A stretch of DNA of 63,468 nt, counting the filler, from Octopus bimaculoides (lineage: Eukaryota), in assembly GCF_001194135.2 (NCBI RefSeq). It is 5 parts of 5 records of this genome, joined end to end, with 100 filler letters (N's around TTAATTAATTAA, not from the genome) between each part and the next. Parts side by side here need not be neighbours in the genome. Positions count along the whole stretch, not along the records: positions 1 to 24,623 come from NC_068986.1; positions 24,724 to 56,568 come from NC_068983.1; 3 more parts are not named here. One strand, 5' to 3'. The translations under genes were made by a program, and so were the position numbers. Below, piece by piece: positions 13,938-26,933 of this stretch (positions are counted from its first letter, which is position 1; each line of letters begins with the position of its first letter). The notes beneath the pieces are model-generated. The model was given only the letters and a program-made list of their open reading frames with translations. It ran no database searches and was not told where the DNA came from.

Positions 13938-14000
13938 TATGGTAGAATAACAAGATTCCAGAACAGTTCTATAACTGGGGTAAATAATACCTACCCAGGG
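13938..14000 (+). CDS. Candidate 63-nt internal exon
   Basis: TACTTATTTAG acceptor, GGG|GTGAGT donor, open only in phase 0: YGRITRFQNSSITGVNNTYPG. Confidence 0.25.
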
Positions 14001-17000
14001 GTGAGTTAGCTGGTTCTAAATTTGTACATATTTTTTGTTTTGAGCTATAATTTTTAAAAATCTGAAGTTAAAAAGAAAATTTGAAATTGACCTGTTTTTT
14101 CAAAAAAAAACAATTTTTCTTCCTTTCTACCAGTTAAAATTTAATGATCTCTGTTCTACACTTCTTTAATTATTGTGTTGCTAATGGAGTAGCTGTGTTC
14201 ATCATTAATTCCCAAATAAGAGAAATAGCAATATTATTTGCTATTTTTAGTGTTATTGCTATCTGAACATAATAATGTTTAAAAATAATATTTTAAATTT
14301 CTTCTGCTTGTTGATTTGTTATAATACAAATGGGAACTCAAATTACTAAACAAAATAGATTGGAATAAATTTACTTACAAAAAGTTTCCAGGGGTTACAT
14401 GGAATACAAAATATTGGGTGGTAGAGAATTCTATTTTCGAGCAAGGAGCTAAATAACTTAACACATTAATTTTTTTGTCATTACAGTTTAACTTCAAATT
14501 CTTATTGGCTCAATTTTATATTTCATCTTCCACAAATCTGTACCAATATAAAAATAGAATGTTTTTTTATGCCAGAATATGAAACCATTGCAAGTTAGAC
14601 TTGTCTATCATCTCAACTAATTGAATTAAAACCTAAACTACATCAAATTAGAAAACATGGGAAAAAGATTACTGATTGGTAACTTTCAGTGTTAAGAATG
14701 ATGAATTGTGAGAGATGCTAAGAAGTTGAATGCCAAAAAATGGAAGAGCGAGCCATACAAGTAATTTAATGATTATCCTGAGTTCAGTGAGCAGAAGCTA
14801 AAGAAGCAATATGAAGAAGAGAATTTGATAAATGACCAAAAGTTAAGGTCTTTTTATGCATACCAATTGAATAAATGGAAATAAAAATAGAAGTGGTGTG
14901 TGCTGTTCAGTTGTAAGTTGAAGTAGTTTAGCATTCTGGGCATAACCATTCTTTTCTAACAAAAGGACCTGCTGAGAATTTTAGATTTCATTACAATTCA
15001 CTGCTCAACAATCAACATCTCTTCTGTTTTATTTCTAAGCTAATTTATGCTGATTCTGACTACCAAATCCAGTGATTATTCTTAATTGGGTAACTGACAT
15101 CAAGAGATACTAACATATTTGTGCTCTCATAAATTTCTCTCTATTGCAACACCATTTGCAACATCTTTTTTACCTTCTTGTTACTCTCAATGTTTCACCC
15201 TTTATATTCTAGTAAAATGTAGTACTTCTTAGAATTGATATATCATTCATTTTTTTATCATTGAAACTTGGGAAGAAAATTGAACCCACATTTATGAAAT
15301 TTCAGCATAAGATAGGCAATCTTTTGTATTAACATCTGTTATGACTTTTGTAGATGACAGTTTTCATTCAAAACATTCTTGCCTTCCAAGATAAGTATCA
15401 GTGAAGATCTCTTGGTCTAATTTTAACTACAAATGTCTTTTGAATGATACACCCCAAGGCCTTCCTTTAACTGGAGTTGTTTTGTGAGGTAACACATATT
15501 ATTTCTGCTGAAAAGTAAGAAATGTTTTGTTTTGTTTTTTTTTTGTCTCAACCAACATCCTTTATGAAGTTAATAATAGTGCAGCAGAAACAATACTGTA
15601 CTCAGCTGTGAGTTATAGAGCTCTATCCCTGCTGACTGTACGAAATGAGATCATTCATCTACTTAATTCTTAAAATTTCTGTATCAATAGGAGTAATACT
15701 AACGGATAGTGGAACTTAGAATTGCAATAGAGTTTATGTAGAGCAAGATTATTTATTTAAAAAATATATAAAATGAATGAATAATTAAATAGATACAGCT
15801 AATGTAACTTATTCAGTGAAATAATATTAGCAGCCATTAATTAATCTTTTTTTCTTTTTACCTCTGTGTTAATGTTAATAGTTTTATGATGCATCACTGA
15901 TCTTATTTGATATGAAAATTTTTAAAATATTAATTGTGGTGATACTTCCTAGTTCAGTTCCTGAAATCTTGTTTTGTGTCTGTGTTGTGATGAGTGGGTA
16001 GAGGATTGCATGAAAATGCTAGATATGCAGGACTAATAAAGGAAAATGAGAAAGTCCTTTAAATAGAATTTAAGTCACACAATTGTGTCTGTAATAGATT
16101 TGGAAAAGTTGCTCATTCATTATACATGTGCATATATGCACATACTTGCACGCACACACGGTGTATACAAATGAATGTACATATATGCATATACTCATTT
16201 ACTAAGTTCCAAGTAGTAGGCTGTTACACCACAATCAATAATTATTCATACATAGACAAATAAATACATAAAAACACAACTATGATAGAGAAAACAATTA
16301 TTTTTTCATAGAAATGTATTTTCTACAAATGAATGTATACATACGCACATACATACTTGGCTCCTTTTTTTGTTCCTTCATATATATATATATTCATTGT
16401 TCCTTCTATATATATATATTCATTCATCCAGGACTAGTTTGATGGCAGAAGGCAGACTGCAAAGTGTTAATCTGTATGTTATTAGTTTTGCATGGTATCT
16501 GTATTTGAAACATCTAATTTCATAAATGCCCCACTCAGTGCAGTGTAGCAGCAATCAACTGTCATGGGCAGCAGCAATCAACTGTCATGGGCAGCAGCAG
16601 TATTGTAAAATTTATGAATGCTTTGTTTGCATGTAGTGCTGAGTTCAACTGTTCCTGTGAGTAGTGTAGCTTGGAAAATTGGAAAAATTACTTCAATAAT
16701 GTCCTTGTGACCCAAGAGGTTATGAGACTCCAAGAAACTTAAATGTTTTATATTAATTTGTTACATTTCTAATCTTTACCTAAGTCATATCTAGATTATC
16801 TGTTGCCACTAGTAAATTTCTCTGTAATTTTATAAATATAAAAACAGATTTACCTGTTATTATCATATATATCTACTAAATAAGTGGGCGTCTTTTGGGG
16901 TTTTTTTTTTTTTTTTTGGTGGTGGGGTAATTTTACTCTATTATTGCTGGTACTTACCACTTCTACTCTGATATGAAAGAGCTGATCAAAAATTTGAATA

Positions 17001-17800
17001 CATTAATAAACTTTTGCTATCTTATCTTTATCGAGGGTCTCTTAATTTAATATTTAGTACTTAAAAAGAAAATACTTACCAGTTAAAATTTCTGTGATAA
17101 TTAAAACTTTTCAAACACTGCATTTTGATTGGGCCATATACATTTGCCACCAAAATTAGTTTGTAGTGAATACTTTTATTTCTGATGCAGAGTCAGAACA
17201 ATTTCTAAAGAAAATTGATCAGGCTAAGCATCTAGAAACTACTCTTTATCTGTCCTGTTTTTGTTTTAATGTTCTTCTCTTAAGATACTTTTCTAATAGC
17301 TTGTTTATGTACTAGATGTTTATTTTTGATTATTTTTAACTTTTGAACAATCTACTATACATTGAAATAGTGCTTTAGGATATTTGCTCAAATTGAGGGA
17401 AAAAACCCCAAAACTTTACATCTTTTTAAATGTTATCACTGTTCACTCAATGATTGTCTGCAGTGGCCTCAGTTTCTCAAATCGCTCTTACAAAAGTGTT
17501 AAGCTGTGAGCATTCATGGCAACATTTGTTTTCCAGTACAATTCTAGCCTTTTTCTATCATGTGTTGACTAGTTTAACTTTACATAGCGTGCCCCCTAAA
17601 CACAAAGCAGCAGGAACAAAAGCTTTCTTATTCAACATTGGGCTACTCTAGCTGTTCCTATGAGCAACCCTATCTCAATAGTTTTAATGTTGTGTACCAT
17701 GCCACTAACAATATAAAAAAGTAGGGTGGGGTGTAAGGCTCTGATTATTTTACTGGTGTCTAACTAGTATAGCTAAAATTTCTTTTTATTTACAACTTAC

Positions 17801-17979
17801 CTAGACGTAATGTTTTCTTTTTCAGCTGGGCTAGTGAAGCATACGCATAAACTCATATTTTTTCTACTCATTGCTCTATTGACTAACTCTTCATTTCCAA
17901 TCTGTGCTACTGACAAACCCCTTAATTTAAAATACTGTGGTTGATAACAAATCTGAAGCTGTTGTTTTATTTCGTTCTG
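17801..17979 (-). CDS. Candidate internal exon
   Basis: Donor TAG|GTAAGT at 17801/17800; 59 open codons (QNEIKQQLQICYQPQYFKLRGLSVAQIGNEELVNRAMSRKNMSLCVCFTSPAEKENITS); phase matches 7740-7821; acceptor weak. Confidence 0.3.
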
Positions 17980-18024
17980 CTAGTTACCTACCTAACCTGA
18001 AAATATAAACAACCACATACACAC

Positions 18025-18056
<32 letters not shown>

Positions 18057-19150
18057 TGCTATACTTGAAATTATCTCACCCACATCTTCTAAACAAACAC
18101 ATGCATGCATACACACAAACACTCTCTAATTCTAACTGATCTCTTGAGTCACTTCATTGTGTTGTGTTTTCCTTTTATTGTACTTACTTTTTGAGAACCT
18201 TCTAGCATCATATCTATTTATACTATTTCTACATTTAATTTTGAATTGGTTTTCAATTTTGCTTTCCCTGTTCCCATTTCATATAAATCTTAATCCAGAT
18301 GTTTTCTTTCCTATCTTCTCATTGATTCTCTAATTCTTTCCATTAATTATCTTTTATTCTTTTTTGCAATTTTTTCCCTCTGTTCAACACATTTTTTCTT
18401 TTTTCTGCTGAAGCAAAAGTTAGTTTTGTTTATTTTTATTGTTTCTTTTTGTCTCAACAACTTTCTAGTGAGTGAGTTAATATTGATTTTATTTTAAAAT
18501 CGGTATTCAAGATTAGCATTGTAGTATTCTAACTAGTAGGCCTTTTGAAACAGGTCTCTTTTTTTTTTTTTTATACATTCATTGACCTAGTGTAATTTTT
18601 TTTTTATATTTGCATAATTCACTTTTGATTTAAAATTTCTGTTTATAAAGCTATTAATTTTTCTAGTTTGCATGTTTTATATGATAGATTATGTGGATTG
18701 CTATTTATATTATTATTATTGAACAAAAAAATAACATTTTCATTATTTTAGAGTAAGTTAGTTAAAATCTTATGGAAAGAATAGTGTTGTAATAGTTAAA
18801 TTGGTATCTGTTATAAAGAAATAGCCTCCTTATTCCATTTTCATGAGTAGGATAGTTCTTAAACCTTCTTCCATAGTTACAATGAAACTTTAAAATGAAC
18901 TATTATTTATAACCTACCACACACGCGCGCGCGCACTCTATTTTAAGCGTTAGTATTGGAACATTTCCTTTTAGTCTTCTTATTTTAATATATTTGAAGA
19001 TTATTAGAAATTATTTCATAAAAATCTATTTCTTAAAATCTTTGACATTTTGTTTTATTCTAAATTAAAGAAAATGAATAATAACTGTTCTAATATAATT
19101 TCATTATTTAAATGAGAAATTATCATTGTTTATACTTTCCTTTCGGCTAG

Positions 19151-19194
19151 GTTCAATACTCAAGATTTGTTGAAGGCAAATGGGATTTTCCCAG
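19151..19194 (+). CDS. Candidate 44-nt internal exon
   Basis: ACTTTCCTTTCGGCTAG acceptor, CAG|GTACAT donor; VQYSRFVEGKWDFP in phase 0 to 2. Confidence 0.4.
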
Positions 19195-20876
19195 GTACAT
19201 TAGCAACATACATGATATATCAAATAAAAGCCAATTTTGTAGAGGAATAGATTATATTTGAGTGAAGATAGTATAGTCGACTCTACTGCTAAGGAAGAAT
19301 GGCAAGGCACACTTTTGACATGAAATAAACTCTCAAAACGTATAGTAATAAATGCTATAAAGTATCTAATCTGGTTCTTTAATGTTTGAATAAACTAAAT
19401 TAAAGGATATGAATTTGAGACAGTATAACAGTACATCGCCCAGGATGGAATATCAAGTGCAAGTAACTGTAACTTTTTTACCCACAATATATGGCCCTGG
19501 TAAAACTGTTACAGCTATCAAGTGTAAAGTTAGTAGTTTGTGTTGTATCTACTGTGCATGGTCAAGACCCTCAACTCCTCAGTCTCTCCATTTATAGTCA
19601 GTTTCTGCATATGGGTCAGTTCACCACTGTAAGCATTGGACAGCAGTGTTATTTTTGTTTTACTGTGTTGAGCTCCTATTGATAGTTTGGCATAGATAGT
19701 TATCTTCACAACACTTATGAAAATTGAACCAAAATGTTGATTTCATAGACCATTGTATACACCAAAAACGATTAACACACATGCAATCAGCAAATGTTAT
19801 ATACTATATAAACCTGAACTCTATAAGCTAGTTTACTTGTAAGATTTATTATATAAAGTTTTATCAATGCTTGTAATAGAAGCAGTGGTATCATAATGGT
19901 TAGAGGTCTCTATATCTGGAAGTACTTCAAACTTCCCTCCTTATTGAGACAAAAGATCTTTATTCTGTTTACAAAGCTGTATTTATGTGATATGGTGTGT
20001 AAGAATTGCAATACTTTTGTGCTGTTACATTAACAGAAATTATCCTCTGTATAAAAACTAGCTGTAAAAACATTTTGCTTGTAACTTAGTAAGCTAATTT
20101 ATCTGACTAATTTATATGAAATAGTTTGCTAATCTATCTCCAAGATAATTTTCAATGATCTAATTAATAACAATTCTCTTGTTCCATATTTGCATATGTA
20201 TTATAGAATATACATTTTATTTCCATTTAAGCTTTTTTTAATCTTCTTCTTAATATTAAGCATCTTATCTTTAAGATCAGATAACTAAAAACATTAAATA
20301 ATTTCTATTTTTCTCTTTTTAAATTACAGATTTACTAAAAAATTAAGACAATGATTAGTATTGTTTCCTATTATAGCTTTTATTTTTTAACTTAGTTGGT
20401 TTTCTATCATAGAATAAATCTAGCTCTAAACGAAAAAAAAATTCATAATCTAAAACTATGAATTATTTGGTCAAATTTCTAAAGAAATAATCTTTATTCT
20501 TATCAATCACTTATCAAATGTATCTTCTCTTTAAAACTGAATTATTATGCTTTAGGAAACTTACCTGCTTTATAGATTTGTGATAATTGTTGTATCTATG
20601 TAGTAATTACCTCATTCCAGAAAGTTTTTCATAAAGTAGTTAGTGGAGAGGTAACTAATATATGAGCTGTATATTTAGCTAAAGAATATTGGTTATAGAT
20701 TTTAGCTATTGATTACATTCTTGGGTTTATAGCTGTTCATGCAACCATGAGACTAAATTAATGGAAACTCTAAATGAAAGTCTAGTTCTTTTTCAAAAGA
20801 AGCCATTAAAAAAAATAACACTGATTTTTATATGTAGAAATTATCTCAATCAATTTTGTTTATCTTTAAAATTTAG

Positions 20877-20933
20877 GACCCATAAAGATTTTGAAGCAAG
20901 GAATATTTTAGATACCATGACGAATATTTTATA
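20877..20933 (+). CDS. Candidate terminal exon
   Basis: TTTATCTTTAAAATTTAG acceptor; phase-2 continuation (R)THKDFEARNILDTMTNIL*; AATAAA at 21277-21282. Confidence 0.33.
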
Positions 20934-21843
20934 AGTTTGTATAAATATTTCTGTGTATTGAAAATAAGGTGAAAATCATTCTCTTAACTTTAAGATGGCA
21001 TACCACTCTCCTGCACATACACACTTAAGCTACATACTTAAGGGCAGACCTCCAATGCTCTGAAAGTTGAAAAGGGGCCTTGTTGCTCTCAGAAAAAAGT
21101 AAATGAAATTTTGAAGGTTTCTATTTTGTGTGCACATTTCTGAAAAAGCGATTTCAATAATTTAAACTTTTTACACTATTAACCTGATGTTTTTGTGATA
21201 GTTTTATATATAGGGTAGGTTGGCAACCAAAAAAGATCAGAGTGAATGAAGTGCAGCATTGTAAGTGTTTTGTGTAAATAAATATTATTTACAAATTCAC
21301 TAGAGGATTGTTTTTGAATATCTGGTTTAGTATTCCATGGTTGTTTTGATTTCTAATCCTGCTAGTGTGAACTTCACCTTTTATCCATTTGGAAAAGATA
21401 AGCCTAATAGCAGCATAATGGTGTTGACCCTATGAAATGTTTTCTACCGAAAAATATGAAAATATTATTTCCTATGGTCAACTTTCCTAGAATGATTTAG
21501 CTCTGCTTCTACCATCACATTGCTAATCGGTTATGTTTTTGTTTTTTGGTGGCTTCTGTTTCTGTTGAGTGTTTATATTAATTACTAGCATACCTCTGTC
21601 ATCATAAATGCAAAAAGTTTTATTAATGATAGAAAATGGCACATCAAAACAATGAAAGAAATCATTGATAAATAGGTGGTGTTCGATCATATAATACCAT
21701 AAATAATATATAATTATATGCATATATCCATACATATATGGGTACAGGACATCACAAAAGACGTTAAACACAATGAGAAATGAAAACATAAAGAATATTA
21801 CCCTTCTTCAGTTGTCCCTGCTCCATCTAATCCGCGTTATATT

Positions 21844-21892
<49 letters not shown>

Positions 21893-23080
21893 ATATATAT
21901 ATACACNNNNNNNNNNNNNNNNNNNNNNNNNNNNNNNNNNNNNNNNNNNNNNNNNNNNNNNNNNNNNNNNNNNNNNNNNNNNNNNNNNNNNNNNNNNNNN
22001 NNNNNNNNNNNNNNNNNNNNNNNNNNNNNNNNNNNNNNNNNNNNNNNNNNNNNNNNNNNNNNNNNNNNNNNNNNNNNNNNNNNNNNNNNNNNNNNNNNNN
22101 NNNNNNNNNNNNNNNNNNNNNNNNNNNNNNNNNNNNNNNNNNNNNNNNNNNNNNNNNNNNNNNNNNNNNNNNNNNNNNNNNNNNNNNNNNNNNNNNNNNN
22201 NNNNNNNNNNNNNNNNNNNNNNNNNNNNNNNNNNNNNNNNNNNNNNNNNNNNNNNNNNNNNNNNNNNNNNNNNNNNNNNNNNNNNNNNNNNNNNNNNNNN
22301 NNNNNNNNNNNNNNNNNNNNNNNNNNNNNNNNNNNNNNGTAGTTTCATTCCAGTAGTAAAAATCCGTGTAGAAATCCGTGTAAAGTAATCCATATGGGGA
22401 TAATCCGGAAATAGATGTTGGAACGAAGGCTGATATAGCATAGATAGCAGAGGTTAATATATGCCATACTGCGATGGATTTTAGCTTGTTTACTTGAAGA
22501 ATGGCCAATTCAAGTGAAGGATGAGCAGTAATTAGGTCAAGTCATGAAGACAGAATGTGAAAGGGGATGGAGGAGAGATAGAGGTGAAGGATGGTAGCGG
22601 TATACTTTAATGGTCAGTTGATCTTACAGGATAGAGGGGATGAGCATATAGAGAGAAGGAGGGATAGGGGGAGATAAGGTTNNNNNNNNNNNNNNNNNNN
22701 NNNNNNNNNNNNNNNNNNNNNNNNNNNNNNNNNNNNNNNNNNNNNNNNNNNNNNNNNNNNNNNNNNNNNNNNNNNNNNNNNNNNNNNNNNNNNNNNNNNN
22801 NNNNNNNNNNNNNNNNNNNNNNNNNNNNNNNNNNNNNNNNNNNNNNNNNNNNNNNNNNNNNNNNNNNNNNNNNNNNNNNNNNNNNNNNNNNNNNNNNNNN
22901 NNNNNNNNNNNNNNNNNNNNNNNNNNNNNNNNNNNNNNNNNNNNNNNNNNNNNNNNNNNNNNNNNNNNNNNNNNNNNNNNNNNNNNNNNNNNNNNNNNNN
23001 NNNNNNNNNNNNNNNNNNNNNNNNNNNNNNNNNNNNNNNNNNNNNNNNNNNNNNNNNNNNNNNNNNNNNNNNNNNNNNNN

Positions 23081-23324
23081 AGGTGTATTGGGTATTTTTG
23101 CTTTTGAGGTGATGAATATGATTGGCTAATGTTGTAGATTTACTGTGTTTGTTGTATCTAAAAGAGTGCATATGTGCTGCGTAGCGATGTTTAAAATTTT
23201 TAGTTGCACCAATGTATGTAGCAGTAGAGTTATGTAATAGATTTCTCACAGTGCATTTATATATTACATTGTATCTTACGCAATGTGTTTGAAGCGGACA
23301 GATAGTCCCGGAGCGACAGTTACA
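23081..23324 (-). pseudogene. GIY-YIG endonuclease with CNCR..CPL...C linker of the Penelope-like element
   Basis: CNCRSGTICPLQTHCVRYNVIYKCTV...TYIGATKNFKHRYAAHMHSF...STTLANHIHHLK; truncated by a gap. Confidence 0.9.
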
Positions 23325-23988
23325 AGTGTAGGAGGCTAGGTATTATCCTGTCTAAAATATTTTTACTAATTCTTCCGAGGTCGGATTTTGTGGGGCATAT
23401 TAAATGAATAGAAGGTTCTGTAATGAAATCCTTTTTGTGATCCTTGAGGTTGAAGTGTGGAGGTGTGGGGCAGTACGGTTCTGTTCTGTCGTCCACTTTT
23501 AGCTTCTTCATGATTCTGCAGTGGCTGGTGTTGACCTCATTTAAGACGGATGTTGATGCCAGCTTATAGGACGTGTTTAATTCGTTTCTAATGAATTTGA
23601 TGTATTCCTCCACTGTGATGGGATATAAGTTTCCTGTTTTGTCCGAAAGCACGTGTAACTTGGGGGAATTAGAAATTCTTTTTATGGTTTGTGAAAGCTT
23701 TTTTTGAAAGTTAGAATTGGACTTAGAGAATTTAATGTTTTTTATTAAATCAATCATGTCCGTTTCAAATTTTTCAAGATGAGGGTTATGTGGAGGATTA
23801 TTATACGATGTGAGATTGAATTTACTGGTACTTGAGTCGTTTCTATATGTTTGGTTATCGTGGAAGAAGGCCTTCCATCTCATTCGTCGGATGAGATCCC
23901 TAGTCTTAGCTAGAAGGAGAACAGTGAAAGATTTTTGAGAAGGAATGGGAGTGTCCTTGAGGGAGAAGCCAAGAATCTCTTTATCCAT
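23320..23988 (-). pseudogene. N-terminal part of the Penelope-like RT ORF (222 aa, catalytic core absent)
   Basis: FSLKDTPIPS, RRMRWKAFF, SDKTGNLY, LKDHK, LICPTKSDLGRISKNILD motifs; stops before the RT catalytic motifs. Confidence 0.88.
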
Positions 23989-24240
23989 TATTTAGGAGTT
24001 ACTCGTTATAAGTGCTAGTAAAAGCAGAAGATAAGGTTGAGGGGGGTATTGGATTTAACCAAACCCAAGAGTATACAGGTAATACCGAGTAAGCGCTGTA
24101 TACCGACTAGTTTGCCCCAGTCGTTGTATGAACAGGATTGGGGATTATAAGTCATATATTAGCGTGTGTATATGTAAATATATAAAAATAAAAAGCTAAA
24201 GAGAGCAATGGTAAGGTTGGAGAAGTATTTTATGGATAGA

Positions 24241-24289
24241 GTCTTACAGCTGTTTCTGGGAAGATCCAGTACTTCCCTTCATCGGAGAC
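24241..24289 (-). ncRNA. Minimal type I hammerhead ribozyme (core variant)
   Basis: Minus strand: GTCT-CCGATGA-AGGGAAG...CTTCCCA-GAA-ACAGCTGT-A-AGAC; stem I GTCT/AGAC; palindromic stem III; U4 replaced by C. Confidence 0.7.
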
Positions 24290-24723
24290 AGAAAAAATAA
24301 AGTAATCTATTATTATATCCCCTCCATCCCCTTTCACATTCTGTCTTCATGACTTGACCTAATTACCGCTCATCCTTCACTTGACTTGACCATTCTTCAA
24401 GTAAACAAGCTAAAATCCATTGCAGTATGGCATATATTCACCTCTGCTATCTATGCTATATCAGCCTTCGTTCCAACATCTATTTTCGGATTATCCCCAT
24501 ATGAATTACTTTACACGGATTTTTACTACTGGAATGAAACTACACTTCAAGTACTGTTCTCTCTTTTTTCAGCGCATCACACTCTTCACCACTTCATACT
24601 AAAAATATCCGCCTATGGATATANNNNNNNNNNNNNNNNNNNNNNNNNNNNNNNNNNNNNNNNNNNNTTAATTAATTAANNNNNNNNNNNNNNNNNNNNN
24701 NNNNNNNNNNNNNNNNNNNNNNN

Positions 24724-24765
<42 letters not shown>

Positions 24766-26868
24766 TATGGATGGACACCTAACCAGATAAATCTTTACTA
24801 CAGGGAAATTAATTTTCTACTCCAATATTATATCTATCAATGCTTCGATTACTTTGAAGTTTTTGCCAACTCTCCCTTTCTCCGTCTTTTTATGATTCCC
24901 TTATTTTTTGCATCTCCTTTTGTTCTTGTTGCTATTGTTTTACCGTTGTTTACTCAAGTCCTTTGGTTATCTGTTTCTATATTTATTTATATATCTATTC
25001 ATTTATATGCAAATTTTCATTTTACTACATATATTTGCACCGCACTAATGATATTTCTCTTTTTGACGTCTGTATTTTAGTATTTTCTGTTTCGATGGTT
25101 TTACACTTGCCCCAGACCGACAGAGCCATTGGGTAAGGCATGATTGAGACAACGATAGGGAATGGTATTCCTTCTCCCATAAAATACTGCAACTTTTTGT
25201 TTCAACTTCATCTTCATCTGTTCAATTTGTACTGAGTTGTCATGTCATTCAATAAATTGGATGAAAATGTAAATGAGCCTTATACGTTTAGAATCGAAGA
25301 TATTTCTCCACTAATTATAAATTCAGTGTTTTGTTGCAATCCAGTTGGTTTTAAAGAGCAGTTCTCTCTATGGATTCATGCTTAATATACTTTTTATCAA
25401 TTTTCATATTGTGCCTTTTAAAATCATTTTGGATATGATATCACGCTCAGAAATTCGATCCATTCGTCTATTCTCATGTTTCGTCATTAATACTGTGTCT
25501 ACAACCCCAGGCCTCGTCATCACCACTGTACAATATACTTCTGCAGCAGTATTCCATCTTTCACGACGTTCTGCGTAATAACAGTTCCCTGCAGTCGTTA
25601 ACTTATAACTTTGTTGGCGTCACATTAAGAGCAGCAATCTCGCTGACTGGAGAAGGCATACCACAGCCAACGGTGCTGCGTCTCCAATCAGACAAAACGA
25701 ATAAAACATCGATGTTAACATCCAAGTGTTTTGTATTTCATCTTTGTAAAATAATCCATTCTACGATTACGAGGTATAGAGATATCATTTCTGTTTCTAC
25801 AAATGTACTTAATTTGGTGGCTTATTAAGCACTTTTCTGACAGATATTATTCCAGAAAATCTGATTAAGTGTTATAAATACTAAGTCAGGGACTGCGTAA
25901 CTAGCATGTGGGAGTTCGAAGAAGAATCTGTCGAAGGTTCTTCACATGTCCTGTTACGCCTTGTAAATATACAGCAAACTATTCGAACACGAAGCTTATG
26001 TATTAGTAGAGAAATATTTTATTTATTCGGTTATTTCTTCCACACGCACATTTTGTGCTAATGGTAACACCTGTATCTGCTTAGCAACATATGCAGGGTC
26101 AAACTGTTCTCAGACAGTTAGATAAAATATATTTTATTAGTATTATGTTTTGTAATATTTTTTGGCACAAAATATTTTCTATTTTATGTGATGGGACTCT
26201 GTAGACAATACAGAAACCATTATTTGTTTGTATTATTGTTATTAATTATATTATAAATATCAAACTTTTGTGTACCTTTGATTCCTTCTACTTTCCTTTG
26301 TTTTCTGTTCATGAGAATATGAATGTATACGTGTCGGACTGTGTATGTGAGCCTCTGTGTATGTGTACGTGCGTGTGTGTATGTATGTGTATATGTGTCT
26401 GTGAGCGTGCGTTTATATGTATCTTTCTGTAAGCGCATTGATCTCTTCTTTGATTTGTTTTGTTGAACTGCGCCGTTTTGTTCTCTGTCTATACGTGAGT
26501 GTGTTAATATATATATATGTGGGTATGTGAATATTTATGCGTGTCTGTGTCTACATATACATAGTTATTTATATATATAGTCTGTGTCTACATATATAAA
26601 GACAAGTATATATACGTGTACTTGTCTTTACGGCTTGATCTGCTGAATGGGCTGTTTTTCTTCCGGTCGGTTCAGGATTTATAGCAGCACGTCACAATGA
26701 TGCATAACATTTCTATACTTCATACGACGCCATATGTTATTGTTCAAGAATCCATGGAGATTGTGCTCCGTGCATGTAGTTTGATGTATTTAAGTCGGAT
26801 TTATAATATATTCATTGTAGTCACAGAGCACAGGTTTTTAAACTGAACGTTTATGTTCTTTGTTTTAG

Positions 26869-26933
26869 AGGCATCAGACACCAAAATGAAAATTTGACAA
26901 CTGTAATGATGATTTATGCGGTCATGTTTATAT
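26869..26933 (+). CDS. Candidate exon encoding the start of a hydrophobic helix
   Basis: GTTCTTTGTTTTAG acceptor, T|GTAAGA donor; GIRHQNENLTTVMMIYAVMFI. Confidence 0.3.

Larger units (their letters stand above)
22339..24543 (-). mobile_element. Penelope-like element (probably Naiad-type), internally deleted, with an inverted terminal duplication
   Basis: RT N-terminal region, Cys-rich linker, GIY-YIG domain and hammerhead all lie on the minus strand; 22339-22573 is the reverse complement of 24321-24543; partly in N gaps. Confidence 0.9.

Noticed and set aside
17080-20680. Strong minus-strand GTAAGT donors at ~17080 and 20564
   Set aside because: Upstream segments have stops or no convincing acceptor and do not fit either exon chain.
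21801-21817. Hammerhead-like CTGAAGA on the minus strand
   Set aside because: No GAAA and no stem II/III partner found downstream.
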